A DNA stretch of 64,000 nucleotides, from contig CAWEXO010000011.1 in the NCBI GenBank assembly GCA_963813025.1, positions 224,001-288,000 on the forward strand, written 5' to 3'. Position numbers and translations under genes: made by a program. Shown piece after piece: positions 41,910 to 53,400 of this stretch (the stretch's first letter is position 1; the number at the start of each line of letters is the position of its first letter). Below the pieces are notes generated by a model. That model ran no database searches. It had not been told where the DNA came from and saw only the letters and a list, made by a program, of their open reading frames with translations. This DNA is from an uncultured Verrucomicrobiae bacterium (GTDB taxonomy: Bacteria; Verrucomicrobiota; Verrucomicrobiia; Chthoniobacterales; JAFAMB01).

Positions 41910-42218
41910 GGGGATTGTGAGGAGTCACATGGAGTCGACCAGTAGAGATTGAGCTTCCGACTACGGACAAGCCTTCGTCGCGGCCCGGACATGGAATGGC
42001 ACAAACGCTTGACCGGAGGGCGCGCCGTAACCGTGCGAAGGCGGCCTGCTCGTCCAGATCGAGACGTAATCCAATGCTAGGAGGTCAAGCGGGAGCTTGC
42101 ACCTACCGACCTTGGGGTGTTGCGAGATAATCGCTAGATTTTCGACCTACCGGAACAGCACGCCACCCGGGTCAGCCTTATCCACTCCGGGGTGAACCGG
42201 ACCTTTCCTGGACTCCTG

Positions 42219-42250
42219 AAAAAAAGGCGCTCGCACAGAGCGAGCGCCTT
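42219..42250 (-). terminator. Rho-independent terminator after rplL
   Basis: AAGGCGCTCGC-TCTGT-GCGAGCGCC-TTTTTTT on the minus strand. Confidence 0.88.
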
Positions 42251-42275
42251 GCAAGGTTCGATTTGGAGCAATGGT

Positions 42276-42659
42276 CTACTTGACCTCGACTTTCGCGCCG
42301 GCCGACTCAATCTTTTTCTTGATCTCGGCCGCTTCTTCTTTGGTGACTCCTTCCTTGACGGGTTTCGGAGCTCCTTCAACAAGCGCTTTCGCCTCCGCCA
42401 AGCCTAACCCGGATACGGATGCGCGCACTTCTTTGATGACCGCGATTTTGTTGGGGCCAACCTCCGTCAAAACGACATCGAATGTCGTCTTCTCTTCCGC
42501 CACAGGCGCCGCCGCGCCAGCCGCAGCCGGGGCAGCCGCCACGGCTACCGGCGCAGCCGCGCTGACTCCCCATTTTTCCTCCAACTTTTTGACCAGGTCG
42601 GCGATCTCCAAAACGGTGAGGCCGCTTAGCTGGTCTACTAATTGTGTTGTATCTGCCAT
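42276..42659 (-). CDS. rplL: 50S ribosomal protein L7/L12
   Basis: ATG 42659 after [36 protein letters not shown]. Confidence 0.98.
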   Translation of the reverse strand: MADTTQLVDQLSGLTVLEIADLVKKLEEKWGVSAAAPVAVAAAPAAAGAAAPVAEEKTTFDVVLTEVGPNKIAVIKEVRASVSGLGLAEAKALVEGAPKPVKEGVTKEEAAEIKKKIESAGAKVEVK

Positions 42660-42865
42660 GTTTTCCTCTTGCTTGGTATCGTCGCGCTCGGAAGCCTCAC
42701 GAGCATTTAAGAACCGGCAGCCGCCGGTCCCGACGAGGAACCGGTTTTTTTTTTGCGATTTTCGCTCTGCGCGGCTTCCATCGCAGAGCGATGATGTGCC
42801 ATCCGACTGGAACAAACCTTCGAGGCACGGAAATCCGCTCCCGCAGGCTTGACCTTGGGACGACG

Positions 42866-43393
42866 TTAAATGTCCTTTTGCTCGCCTCCTTGGTCTAGTT
42901 TTGCCTGGAGGATTCGGGCCAGAGATGCGCCCGGTTCGCCGAACACGCGCATGAGTTTTTGCAGGGGAGCGGTAAAGACGCCGAGCAACTGCGCTCGGAG
43001 GACATCTTTGCTCGGCAAATCAGCCAAGGCCTGAATCTGTTCCTTTGAGATGACGACGTGATCAAGCACTCCCAGCTTGACCGATGGCCTTTGGAACTCA
43101 GCCGAGAAGCTCTTCAGAACTTTCGCGGCCGCGCAAACATCACTCGTCCCCAAGACAATCGCAGTCTGTCCGGCCAAGCTGGATCCCAGGTCAGGAAACC
43201 CCACTTCAACCGCGGCTTTTTTTAGAAAGGTATTCTTAACTACCCGGCAGTGGGCTCCGACACCTGCCAGGCGAGTTCGCAATTCTGACAGCTGGCCCAC
43301 GTTCATGCCCGTGTACTCGGTTACAATCAAAAAGGGCGACGCGTTCAAGCGCGATGTCAGTTCTTCGACGATGGAAGTCTTTTCAGCTCTCAT
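42866..43393 (-). CDS. rplJ: 50S ribosomal protein L10
   Basis: [28 protein letters not shown], plus operon position. Confidence 0.96.
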   Translation of the reverse strand: MRAEKTSIVEELTSRLNASPFLIVTEYTGMNVGQLSELRTRLAGVGAHCRVVKNTFLKKAAVEVGFPDLGSSLAGQTAIVLGTSDVCAAAKVLKSFSAEFQRPSVKLGVLDHVVISKEQIQALADLPSKDVLRAQLLGVFTAPLQKLMRVFGEPGASLARILQAKLDQGGEQKDI

Positions 43394-43406
43394 TTTTAGC
43401 TCCGGA

Positions 43407-44108
43407 TTACTTGGAATAGGGTCCAGCGTCGATTTTGATTCCCGGACTCATCGTCGCGCTGAGAGTGATGGATTGAAGAAACCGGCCCTTCGCGGAGGGC
43501 GGCCGGGATTTGGCGACGGCATCGATCACCGCCGTTCCATTTTCGACGAGAGCCTGCGGCTCAAAGGAGAACTTGCCAACCGGCACAGCGACATTGCCGT
43601 TCTTATCAAGCTTGAATTCCACCCGGCCCGCCTTGACTTCGCGGACTGCCTTAGCAGTGTCGTCGGTCACCGTACCGGTTTTCGGGTTGGGCATCAATCC
43701 GCGCGGACCCAGGACTTTGCCGAGCTTCCGAACCTCGGACATCGCCGATGGCGTCGCGATGGCCACATCGAAATCCTGAAAACCTTCCTGGCACTTCTTG
43801 ATGAGGTCCTCAAAGCCGACGTACTCAGCGCCGGCTTCCCGAGCGGTTTCCGCGGCTTGCCCTTGCGCAAAAACAAGCACTCGAACCTTTTTGCCGCTGC
43901 CATGCGGCAAAGGACAAGTGCCGCGGACCATCTGATCAGACTGCCGGGGATCAACCCCTAGCTTGAAGGAGAGCGTGACAGTTTGGTCAAATTTTGTCGC
44001 GGGAATCAGTTTCAAGGCTCCAATCCCTTCCTGGAGCGAGAAAGATCTGCTGAGGTCGACCAGCGCCAAGCTGGCTCGATAACGTTTACTGCGTTTTTTT
44101 GTCTTCAT
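43407..44108 (-). CDS. rplA: 50S ribosomal protein L1
   Basis: [30 protein letters not shown]. Confidence 0.98.
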   Translation of the reverse strand: MKTKKRSKRYRASLALVDLSRSFSLQEGIGALKLIPATKFDQTVTLSFKLGVDPRQSDQMVRGTCPLPHGSGKKVRVLVFAQGQAAETAREAGAEYVGFEDLIKKCQEGFQDFDVAIATPSAMSEVRKLGKVLGPRGLMPNPKTGTVTDDTAKAVREVKAGRVEFKLDKNGNVAVPVGKFSFEPQALVENGTAVIDAVAKSRPPSAKGRFLQSITLSATMSPGIKIDAGPYSK

Positions 44109-44113
44109 ATTGT

Positions 44114-44146
44114 AGCAGTTCCAGCGATCCCGATGGATCTCCTGCT
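44114..44146 (-). promoter_or_regulatory. Putative L1-binding autoregulatory RNA element
   Basis: AGCAG-GAG-ATCC-ATCG-GGAT-CGCTGGAA-CTGCT forms a helix, GGAG internal loop and second helix, ending just before the rplA ATG. Confidence 0.6.
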
Positions 44147-44171
44147 GCGGAATTCAGCCGAGACTTGATTT

Positions 44172-44597
44172 TCAATCAATGATCTCGATGCCCATTTGGC
44201 GAGCGGTCCCGGCCAGAGTGCGGAAGGCGGCGGCTTCCGAACCGGCGTTCATATCCTTGATTTTGACTTTGACGATCTCCATAACCTGTTTCTTGGTCAA
44301 TTGGCCAACCTTCCCTTTGTTCGGCTCTTTGGCGCCGGCCGCGATGTTAGCCGCTTTTTTCAGAAGAATCGCCGCCGGTGGCGCCTTCGTGATAAAAGTG
44401 AATGATTTGTCTTTATAGACGGTGATGACAACCGGGAGAATATCGCCAGCCTGTTTCTGCGTCGTCGCGTTAAACTCTTTGCAAAAGGCCATGATATTGA
44501 CGCCGTTCTGGCCTAGAGCAGGACCGACGGGCGGCGCCGGGTTTGCCTGTCCGGCAGGAATTTGCAGTTTGATCGTTGCGACAACTTCTTTCGCCAT
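44172..44597 (-). CDS. rplK: 50S ribosomal protein L11
   Basis: [29 protein letters not shown]. Confidence 0.98.
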   Translation of the reverse strand: MAKEVVATIKLQIPAGQANPAPPVGPALGQNGVNIMAFCKEFNATTQKQAGDILPVVITVYKDKSFTFITKAPPAAILLKKAANIAAGAKEPNKGKVGQLTKKQVMEIVKVKIKDMNAGSEAAAFRTLAGTARQMGIEIID

Positions 44598-44636
44598 AAA
44601 TTTGCGTAATCTCGCTAAATTTTCTTCTGCCGAGAA

Positions 44637-45200
44637 TTATCCTCGCTCGACTTGCCAATATTCGAGTTCGACCGGTGTTGATCGGCCGAAAATGCTGACC
44701 GAGACCCGCAGTTTTCCGCGGTCGGGATCAATCTCCTCAACGACGCCGCTTTGGTTTTGGAAGGGCCCGTCGGCTACTTTCACGGTTTCGCCCACTTCAA
44801 AGCTGACCTTCGGTTTGACCTTGTCTTCTCTCTCGCGGATCTGCGCCAGCATGTTTTCGACCTCTTGCGGGCGCATGGGAACCGGTCTGTCCTTTGGTCC
44901 CGCGAAGCCAAGGACACCGGGCGTTTCGCGAATGAAATACCAGGTCCGGTCGACCAACTGGTTTTGCTTGTCGAGCAGATACATGTTGACGATCAGGTAT
45001 CCGGGAAAAAACTTTCGGGTCGTCTCGGTTTTCTTTCCCCGTTTAATTTCCGACACTCGCTCGGTCGGGATCAACACCTCGTAAACCAAGTCGCCCATTT
45101 CCTCGGTTTTAATTCGCCGGGAAATATTATCGAACACCTTCTGTTCCTGGCCGGAGAGAACGTGCACGACATACCATTGATTTTTGTCCGGCTCACTCAT
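44637..45200 (-). CDS. nusG: Transcription factor NusG
   Basis: WYVVHVLSGQE, FFPGY, DGPF, VSIFGRSTPVELEYWQV. Confidence 0.98.
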   Translation of the reverse strand: MSEPDKNQWYVVHVLSGQEQKVFDNISRRIKTEEMGDLVYEVLIPTERVSEIKRGKKTETTRKFFPGYLIVNMYLLDKQNQLVDRTWYFIRETPGVLGFAGPKDRPVPMRPQEVENMLAQIREREDKVKPKVSFEVGETVKVADGPFQNQSGVVEEIDPDRGKLRVSVSIFGRSTPVELEYWQVERG

Positions 45201-45261
45201 ATTTAAACAACTTCAGTGCCAAATGCTGTCGACCAGATCGCTCTTTGCTCTCGGCAACCCA

Positions 45262-45474
45262 TCAAGGCACCAACATTTTCACCAAGTTTACCATTACAAA
45301 ATCCCAAAACGCGATGTAGCCGCTCAGCAGGAGCATCGCGATCACGACCACGGTCGTCGAATCGATCAGCTCCCGGTATTTTCGGACTCCCTTCTCTTTC
45401 GGGTCCCAAGGCCAGCTCGCCTTCCCGAGTTCGGTTCGTACTTCAGTTAAAAACTGTCTTGCCCGGCCTATCAT
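45262..45474 (-). CDS. secE: Preprotein translocase SecE
   Basis: FLTEVRTELGKASWP, one TM helix, located between tRNA-Trp and nusG. Confidence 0.93.
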   Translation of the reverse strand: MIGRARQFLTEVRTELGKASWPWDPKEKGVRKYRELIDSTTVVVIAMLLLSGYIAFWDFVMVNLVKMLVP

Positions 45475-45496
45475 CTGTTTTTTTGCCCGAATCGCG

Positions 45497-45569
45497 CAGG
45501 TCAGGAGGGACTCGAACCCCCAACCGGCGGTTTTGGAGACCGCTGCTCTACCAATTGAGCTACTGACCT
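45497..45569 (-). tRNA. tRNA-Trp (CCA); 3' CCA not encoded
   Basis: AGGTCAGTAGCTCAATTGGTAGAGCAGCGGTCTCCAAAACCGCCGGTTGGGGGTTCGAGTCCCTCCTGACCTG. Confidence 0.96.
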
Positions 45570-45598
45570 GTCAATTCCGCAAAAAGATTCACTTCTGC

Positions 45599-45628
45599 AA
45601 AAACAAAGCAGTCCGGCCGCAGCCGGAC
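45599..45628 (-). terminator. Possible terminator/processing hairpin after tuf
   Basis: GTCCGGC-TGCG-GCCGGAC followed by TGCTTTGTTTTT on the minus strand. Confidence 0.5.
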
Positions 45629-45661
45629 CACTCCTGTCAGCCTATCTCCGAATTTAAACCG

Positions 45662-46847
45662 TTAGTCAAGAATATCGGCGACTCGACCAGCGCCGACGGT
45701 TCGGCCACCCTCCCGGATAGCGAACCGGATGGTCTTCTCCATCGCGATCGGGGTGATCAACTCAACCTCGATCGAAACGTTGTCGCCCGGCATAACCATC
45801 TCCACGCCCTCCGGCAGCTTCACAGTGCCGGTGACATCCGTAGTGCGGAAATAAAACTGTGGACGGTAGTTCGTGAAGAACGGCGTATGCCGGCCGCCTT
45901 CTTCTTTACTCAGCACATAGACTTCCGCCTTGAATTTCTTGTGCGGAGTGATCGTGCCCGGCTTCGCGACGACCTGGCCGCGTTCCACGTCTTCTTTCTT
46001 CACGCCGCGCAACAGCACTCCGACGTTGTCGCCGGCGCGCGCTTCATCGAGCAGTTTCCGGAACATTTCGATGTCGGTGACGGTCGTCTTCGCAGTCGGG
46101 CGCATGCCGACGATTTCAACTTCCTCCATTTTCTTGAGGATACCCGCGCTCGACTCGACCGGTCGCGACCGTGCCGCGACCTTCAATGTTGAACACGTCT
46201 TCGATCGGCATCAGAAACGGCTGATCAATCGGACGCTCCGGCAGCGGGATATATTCATCGACCGCCGCCATGAGCTGGAAGATCGCTTCCTTGTATTTCG
46301 GATCGCCTTCAAGCGCCTTCAAGGCGCTGCCTTTGACGATCGGGATCGTGTCGCCAGGAAATTCGTACTGGGTGAGCAGATCCCGAACTTCCATCTCGAC
46401 GAGGTCGAGCAACTCAGGATCGTCCACCATGTCGCACTTATTCAAAAACACAACGATCGACGGCACGCCGACCTGACGCGCGAGCAGGATGTGCTCACGG
46501 GTCTGCGGCATCGGGCCGTCCGCGGCGGAAACCACCAGAATCGCGCCATCCATTTGCGCGGCGCCGGTGATCATGTTTTTCACATAGTCCGCGTGGCCGG
46601 GACAATCCACATGCGCGTAGTGGCGCTTGTCGGTTTGATATTCGACGTGCGCGGTGTTGATCGTGATGCCGCGCTCTTTTTCTTCGGGAGCATTATCGAT
46701 CTGATCGTAGCGCGTCGCCTGCGCCATGCCCTTCTCGGCCAGCACCGTCGTGATCGCGGCGGTCAAAGTGGTCTTGCCGTGATCGACGTGGCCGATAGTG
46801 CCGATGTTCACGTGCGGTTTGGATCTTTCGAATTTATCCTTCGCCAT
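45662..46847 (-). CDS. tuf: Elongation factor Tu (extra base near 46144 splits the ORF)
   Basis: [24 protein letters not shown], then in a shifted frame [12 protein letters not shown]...[10 protein letters not shown]. Confidence 0.98.
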
Positions 46848-46909
46848 TTAAGGTCTCCTTCTTACTCTATCTGCTGTTTCAAATTGTCTGGTTGTTCAGG
46901 CCAAGGGCA

Positions 46910-46985
<76 letters not shown>

Positions 46986-47136
46986 AATGTTTTTACTCAG
47001 CCAGCCTCGCCGTTTCCTGACTAGACTGAACTCTCCGCATTGTCGTATCCGAGGATCAGAACGCCCCTGCAGTTCTAATCGAGTCCCAATCAGAAGCCAG
47101 GTCGACCGCCGCCCAAGGTCCGTCAAGCGAGCCGGA

Positions 47137-47164
47137 AACTTAACAAAGAGTGCCTGACCGTCAA
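47137..47164 (-). promoter_or_regulatory. Putative promoter of the tRNA-Thr/tuf operon
   Basis: TTGACG-N16-TAAGTT with a TG extension. Confidence 0.45.
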
Positions 47165-47220
47165 AAGGATTCTAAAACGGTGGAAAGCGCCTCCATCCCC
47201 CGATCTGAGGTGCGGGCTCG

Positions 47221-48080
47221 CTAACGATTCCGGTCGGCCGAACCCGCGCGATCCAAAGACGCCCCGCCGCCCGCGTTTTCCAGTTCCGGTTCGGACGGCA
47301 TGTACAGTTCAGAGACTCGTCGGATCGACTGGGCGCGCCCAGTAGTCTCGTCAATCTCGGCGATGATCCCGTTCAGCTTCACGTCGCCCTTTGCCACGGG
47401 AAAATTCACCGGCATGCTCGTTAAGAAACGCTGGACGATCGGTTGAATCTCACGACCGAGCACCGAATGCGCCGGTCCACACATTCCCGCATCGCAGATA
47501 AAAGCCGTGCCGCCCGGGAAAATCTGCTCGTCGGCAGTTTGTACGTGGGTGTGCGTTCCCGCCACAACCGAGACCTTTCCGTCGAGAAAACGGCCGATCG
47601 CAATTTTCTCGCTGGTAGTTTCCGCATGGACGTCGACAAAGATTATCGGCGTCTCCTCACGCAGTTTTTCCACTTCCAGACGAACCCGGAGGAAAGGGTT
47701 TTCCAGAGCGGGCAACATGAAGGTACGGCCTTGGACGTTCAGGACCCCACTTTTCCTTTCGCGGTTTCGAGCACGATGGACGAATTGCCCGGAGTGCCAT
47801 CGGGATAGTTCACCGGACGCAGGAGCCGAGGTTCAGTATCAATAAACGAGACAATCTCTTTCTGATCCCAGATATGATCGCCGCTAGTAATGACCGCGAC
47901 GCCGGCGCGCAGCAGATCGATTACAATTTTTGGGGTGATCCCTCGACCGGCAGCGGCATTCTCCCCGTTCGCCACGATAAAATCGAGGTCCCATACCTCC
48001 TTCCAGCGAGGCGCCACATCAATTACCGCCTTCCGCCCAGGTTCACCGATGATATCACCAAGAAATAAAAGTCGAAGCAT
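47221..48080 (-). CDS. ymdB: YmdB-family metallophosphoesterase (missing G near 47746)
   Basis: LFLGDIIGEPGR, ANGENAAAGRGIT, TSGDH, RPVNYP, then in a shifted frame VDVHAETTSEK, GTHTHVQTADE, DAGMCGP. Confidence 0.9.
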
Positions 48081-48151
48081 CAATGCCCCTGGAGTTATAT
48101 ACCCGCCGTCTACTTTAGCATGGTTGACCCCCAACGACGGAAGATATTGTT

Positions 48152-49456
48152 TTGCTTCCGAAAAACAAACTCCACTCTCTTTGTCGACCAGTGAAGTCCT
48201 GCCCGCATTCGGCTGCGCATCTACCCGGAGGTATCGTCCTTCTCCTTTGGCCAATCCTGGTATGGTCCAGCCAGCTCAGCCCCCTCGCCGTGAAGCCTGA
48301 TTGGAATCGCTTAAACGAATTTCAACAAACTGTCGCACACGACGATTTTTTGGGCTTGCTGCGAAATGTCTACGCGCCAAACGGAGCGGCCGATTCCTGG
48401 TTCCGGATCGAACCCGATCGCGCGATCATTCAAACGGGGGAAGGTGCGGATTTTGTTCTTCAGTTCGCGCCGCAACGAGCTGATTGCCGGTCAATCACGC
48501 GTTACTGGGCGTTTCCGCACAAAAGACCGGGCGGAGCCAGAAGACCGTTGCGCGGACTGACGATCGCGATCGATCCCGGGCATCTGGGCGGAGAATGGGC
48601 GAAAATGGAGGAGCGCTGGTTCCAGTTGGACAGCCTCCCACCCGTAATGGAAGGAAATCTCACTCTGCGGGTTGCCCAGATCCTCGCACCCCGGCTTCAG
48701 ACGCTCGGTGCGGATGTTCGACTGGTCCGCAGCAAACTTGAACCCCTCACGAATCTTCGCCCGGAACAACTGGCCGGAGCCGCGATGGATGAACGAAAAG
48801 ATCTCGCGCCGTTTCTTGGGTCAATCCAAGAGGGCGACGCCGTCCTGGCCGCTAAGACCATCATCAGCAAAGACGCGGAGCGATTGTTCTACCGGGTCGC
48901 CGAGATTCGCGAGCGGGCGCACCGGGTCAACGATCAGATCCGGCCGGACCTGGTTCTTTGTTTGCACTTTAACGCGGAGCCTTGGGGCAATCCTCAGGAA
49001 CCGACTCTGGTGGAGGCAAATCATCTTCATCTCATCGTCAACGGCGCTTACCAGGCGGCGGAACTGCGCAATGACGACGTGCGGTTCGCGATGCTTATAA
49101 AACTGTTGAACGGTTCGCACGACGTGGAACTCGCCGTCTCGGAATCAATCGCCGCTGCCTTGAAAAACGCGACAGGGTTGCCGCCCTTTCGCTATTCCGG
49201 ACCCAACGCGGTCGCCGCGGATTCGAGCGGCTACATCTGGGCACGAAACCTCCTCGCCAACCGGCTGTACGAGTGCCCGGTGATTTATATCGAGTGCTAT
49301 GTGATGAATAGCCGCAGTTTTTTTGAACGATTCCTGGCCGGCGAATATTCCGGGGTACGGGAGTTCCAGGGCGTCCTCCGACCGAACATTTTTGAGGAAT
49401 ACGCGAATGGTATCGCGGAAGGATTGGTGAAATACGTTCAACAGAAGAGTCCTTGA
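48152..49456 (+). CDS. N-acetylmuramoyl-L-alanine amidase-like protein (Amidase_3); start uncertain
   Basis: IAIDPGHLGG, EGNLTL, RERAHRVN, LVLCLHFNA, IYIEC, plus a signal-like hydrophobic stretch. Confidence 0.75.
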   Translation: MLPKNKLHSLCRPVKSCPHSAAHLPGGIVLLLWPILVWSSQLSPLAVKPDWNRLNEFQQTVAHDDFLGLLRNVYAPNGAADSWFRIEPDRAIIQTGEGADFVLQFAPQRADCRSITRYWAFPHKRPGGARRPLRGLTIAIDPGHLGGEWAKMEERWFQLDSLPPVMEGNLTLRVAQILAPRLQTLGADVRLVRSKLEPLTNLRPEQLAGAAMDERKDLAPFLGSIQEGDAVLAAKTIISKDAERLFYRVAEIRERAHRVNDQIRPDLVLCLHFNAEPWGNPQEPTLVEANHLHLIVNGAYQAAELRNDDVRFAMLIKLLNGSHDVELAVSESIAAALKNATGLPPFRYSGPNAVAADSSGYIWARNLLANRLYECPVIYIECYVMNSRSFFERFLAGEYSGVREFQGVLRPNIFEEYANGIAEGLVKYVQQKSP

Positions 49457-49544
49457 AATTCGCTAGATTACTTATTCGCTAATACTTATGAGGTACTCGT
49501 TGCTTTCCTCTGACCGTCGATGTAACCTCGCCACTCCCAATAAA

Positions 49545-49619
49545 CGGGCTGTGGCTCAGCTTGGCTAGAGCGCCACGTTCGGGACGTGGAGGCCGTGGGT
49601 TCGAATCCCACCAGCCCGA
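49545..49619 (+). tRNA. tRNA-Pro (CGG); 3' CCA not encoded
   Basis: CGGGCTGTGGCTCAGCTTGGCTAGAGCGCCACGTTCGGGACGTGGAGGCCGTGGGTTCGAATCCCACCAGCCCGA. Confidence 0.96.
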
Positions 49620-49650
49620 TTCTGATTTCGTCGGTTAATTGCGTAGCGCT

Positions 49651-49803
49651 TCAGTCTATTTCGACGCGGATATCCGTAAATCCTTTAAAATCGGCGTCGA
49701 ACGTCGCAATCGGGATGTCCTCCGCTGCGGCGCTCGCTGCAACTGTGCAATCCACGAAATGAATCGTCGTCTGTCCTTTGCTTGTCACAGTTGAACGGCG
49801 CAT
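49651..49803 (-). pseudogene. Collapsed AbrB-antitoxin/PIN-toxin (vapBC-like) fusion remnant, 50 aa
   Basis: MRRSTVTSKGQTTI|HFVDCTVAASAAAEDIPIATFDADFKGFTDIRVEID joins an AbrB-like N-terminus in frame to a PIN-like C-terminus. Confidence 0.7.
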
Positions 49804-49919
49804 TGCAATTCCTTACCTTTTTTATTTGCCTTACTTTCATTCGCCGGCCAGCTATTTTCTTTGTGTGAGATCGGGCTCCGGGAAGTCTCGGACGACCTGG
49901 CCCGTCCCGTGTTCCGCAA

Positions 49920-50342
49920 TCAGGATCCCGGTTCCCAGCCCTCCGGTGCGAGCTCGAATCCGGAAAATTCAAATCCGGGTGCAACGGTGCACCCGACGAG
50001 GCTCCACGCACCAAGCGGCTCGGCGCTTTGCCATTCACCGGCGATGACCACAGCCTGAGGACGTTCACCCGTTCGGAGGTTTGTCCCAAGGCGAACACTT
50101 TGGATCGCACCGCCGTGTCGCCAGGTCTGGAGACGGAGAGCGGTCCCAGCATACCAATGCCAGACCTCTGCCGCATCGACGCGGTGCCAGCGAGAGCGTT
50201 GCCCCATCTCTAACAAAAAGTAAATCGCGGTCGAGGCGGCCCGACCCTGAACCACCTTCTCGTCCCGGAACATCTCCCGATAACAACCGCCTTCCGGATG
50301 CGGTTCGAGCTCAAGAAGCCGGATAACGTCCTCTGCTGTCAT
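49920..50342 (-). CDS. Cupin_5 (DUF985) family protein
   Basis: LELEPHPEGGCYRE, STAIYFLL, SRWHRV, EVWHWYAG, GCTVAPGFEF. Confidence 0.92.
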   Translation of the reverse strand: MTAEDVIRLLELEPHPEGGCYREMFRDEKVVQGRAASTAIYFLLEMGQRSRWHRVDAAEVWHWYAGTALRLQTWRHGGAIQSVRLGTNLRTGERPQAVVIAGEWQSAEPLGAWSLVGCTVAPGFEFSGFELAPEGWEPGS

Positions 50343-50416
50343 GTTCACCGCCATTCCAACGTTTTTTCTCCCGCCCACTAGAATCACACGGGCTCTCGTA
50401 TTAGCTTGCCAATCTT

Positions 50417-53400
50417 ATGGCCAAAGCGGTCTTTCCGACGCAAGCAGCGATCGTCGTTCGCGGCGCGCGCCAGAACAATCTTAAAGGCATCGACTTGGAC
50501 TTGGCGCTGAATAGTCCACGTGGTCACAGGCCCGAGCGGCAGTGGAAAATCGAGTCTGGCCTTCGACACGATCTACGCCGAAGGGCAGCGCCGCTATGTC
50601 GAGACTTTCAGCCCTTACACCCGGCAGTTTCTCGATCGCATGGACAAACCGCTGGTGGACGAAGTAACGGGCATTCCGCCCGGCAATAGCGATTGGGCAA
50701 GCGAACCGGGTTCGCACGACCCGCTCAACGGTCGGCACGATGACGGACATCAATGATTATTTCAAGCTCTTCATGGCGAGAGTGGCGCGAGGCGTTTTGT
50801 CCCAGTTGTCAGCGCGAGATTACGCCCGAGACGCCCGACAGCGTCGTCACCGCAGCTTTTGCGCGATTGTCCCGGGTAATCCGTGCTCTGATCACCTTTG
50901 GCGTCCCCGTGCCTCCGGGAACCAAGCCGCGAGACTTTTTCCAATTCATTGGGCAGCAGGGATTTTTGCGCGTTTGGCTCAATCGAGAAACGTCAGGACC
51001 GACTCGCGACACGATGTCAAGCGGCTTCCCGGCAATCGTGCCGGTGATTCAGGATCGATTACAGATTTCGGCGGAAACCGTCCTCGCCTGATTGAAGCGA
51101 TCGAACAAGCGCTTCGCTTCGGCAAGGGGCGGGTCATGATCGTCAGCCTCGAACCAATGCACGAACATCGCTTTTCCAAGGGCTGGCATTGTCCATACTG
51201 CGATCTCGACATCCGCCCACCCTCTCCCGGCCTTTTCTCTTTCAACAATCCGGTAGGCGCATGTCCGGCTTGCCGAGGGTTTGGCCGGACCATTGGCATC
51301 GATTTGGATCGGGCGATTCCCGACCGCCAACTGAGCATCGCCGACGGCGCGATTAAGCCGTTCCAATTCGCCCAAATGCATGAATGCCAGCGCGATTTGA
51401 TCAAGCGCGCGCTGGAACGAGAGATCGACATCCATCTCCCATTCCAGGAACTTACCGGAAGCCGATCAGAGATGGGTGATCGAAGGTGAAACCCGACCCG
51501 AAGCCAGCGCAGAGGAAATCTGGGAAAGCGGTGGTTGGTATGGTGTCCGCGGGTTTTTCGAGTGGATGGAGTCCCGCACTTATAAGATGCATGTGCGCGT
51601 CTTTCTCAGCCGCTATCGCGCTTACACTCTCTGCCCGGACTGTCGCGGAACGCGATTGAAACCCCAGACCTTGAATTTCCGTGTCTGCAGTCGGCGAGCA
51701 CTCTTTCAGTCTGCCGCAGCTGCAGCAAATGCCGATTGACGAACTGGTGGAGAGAGCGGCCTGATCAGCCTGCCAGGCAGCGACTCCGCGACGGAGGTAA
51801 TTCGATCCCAAATCATTGCGCGACTCCGTTATCTGGTTGAGGTTGGGCTAGGCTACTTGACGCTCGATCGTTCGACCCGCTCGCTTTCCGGTGGCGAAAT
51901 TCAGCGGGTCAATCTGACCACCTGCCTCGGGGCGTGGCTGGTCAATACTCTCTTTGTCCTGGATGAACCCAGCGTTGGACTGCACCCGCGAGACGTCGAA
52001 AGATTAGTCGGCGTGCTTCATGGATTGCGGGACAAGGGCAACACGCTTCTAGTCGTCGAACACGATGAAACGGTGATGCGCGCCGCCGATAACTCTGCTC
52101 GAGCTCGGGCCGGGCCGGGGCGAGGCGGAGGGCATCTGGTTTTCGCCGGGCCGCTGTCAGATCGGTGCGAATGTGCCCGAGTCGCTCACCGCGAGTTACC
52201 TGACCGGCCGCAAGGAAATCCCAATCCCAAGCCGACGCCGACAACCTCGACGGTACCTGCGGGTAAAAAAGGCGCGGGAGCACAATCTCAAGGACATCGA
52301 TGTCGCGATCCCGTTAATGCTTTTGTCTGCGTAACCGGCGTCTCCGGCTCAGGGAAAAGCACGCTCATCCAGGATGTGTTATATGAGAATTTGCTGCGAC
52401 TAAAGGGCCTTGGCTCTGAACAAGCGCCGGCGCGTGCAGCGGAATCACCGGTGCGCACCTGGTCGAACAAGATCTTCTGGTGGACCAGTCGCCGCTGGCG
52501 CGCTCGCCTCGCTCGACTCCGGCAGTGTATCTCGGGGTTTTTGATAAGATCCGCGAACTCTTCGCCGCGGTGCCGGAAGCGTTGCTGCGGGTCTGAGCTC
52601 CGCGGCCTTTTCTTTTAACTCTGGCCCGGGCCGTTGCGAGCGCTGCGCGGGACTCGGCTTTGAGAAGGTCGAGATGCAATTTCTCAGCGACCAGTATGTT
52701 CGTTGCGCCGAATGTCAGGGCAGACGGTATCAACCGCATATTCTCAAGATCCGGCTATAGCGGAAAATCCATTGACGAGGTCCTGGATTTGACGGTGACG
52801 GAAGCGATCGAGTTCTTCCAGGCAATAAAGAAAAACTCCCCTTGCCGACCCCCTGGACCTCTTGCGGCGAGTTGGTCTCGGTTATCTTCGGCTCGGACAG
52901 CCGGTCAACGTCCTCTCCGGCGGCGAATCGCAGCGTCTGAAACTGGTTGGCCATTTAGCCGAGGGCAACAAAGGGAAACGGCGGCAACCTGCTGATCTTT
53001 GACGAACCGACGACCGGGCTGCACTTCGATGATATCGCTGCGCTTTTGCGATGTTTCAACGAGCTCGTCGACAGCCGGTAATTCCGTATTGGTGGTCGAG
53101 CACAATCTCGAAGTTATCCAGTCAGCCGATTACCTCATCGACCTCGGGCCGGAGGCCGGCGAAGGCGGCGGACAGATTGTCGCGACCGGCACTCCGGAGG
53201 AGGTCGCGAAAAACCAACATTCACGAATCGCGATATTCCTGAAGCGAGCGGCTTGCCGGCGTCATCGCGCGGACTATACTGAATCTCGCGAGAGAATCGC
53301 CGAGTTTCCGAAGGTTCGACCCAGCGATCGCGGTCCACGGCGCGCGCCAGCACAACCTGAAAAATTTAAGCGTCCGATGCCGCGCGAGAAGATGGACGGT

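Noticed and set aside
41910..42218. Possible ncRNA or small gene in the rplL-rpoB spacer
   Set aside because: Only weak hairpins and a degenerate REP-like stretch near 42085-42106. No family recognisable.
42660..42815. 52-aa N-terminal extension of L7/L12 in the ORF track
   Set aside because: ATG 42659 has a proper RBS and gives a normal-length protein.
46116..46186. Programmed frameshift in tuf (likewise ureC and urtA)
   Set aside because: No slippery heptamer or stimulatory structure, and the pattern matches sequencing indels.
49457..49920. Intact genomic island or prophage at tRNA-Pro
   Set aside because: No integrase and no duplicated tRNA 3' end seen in the window. Only a toxin-antitoxin remnant is present.
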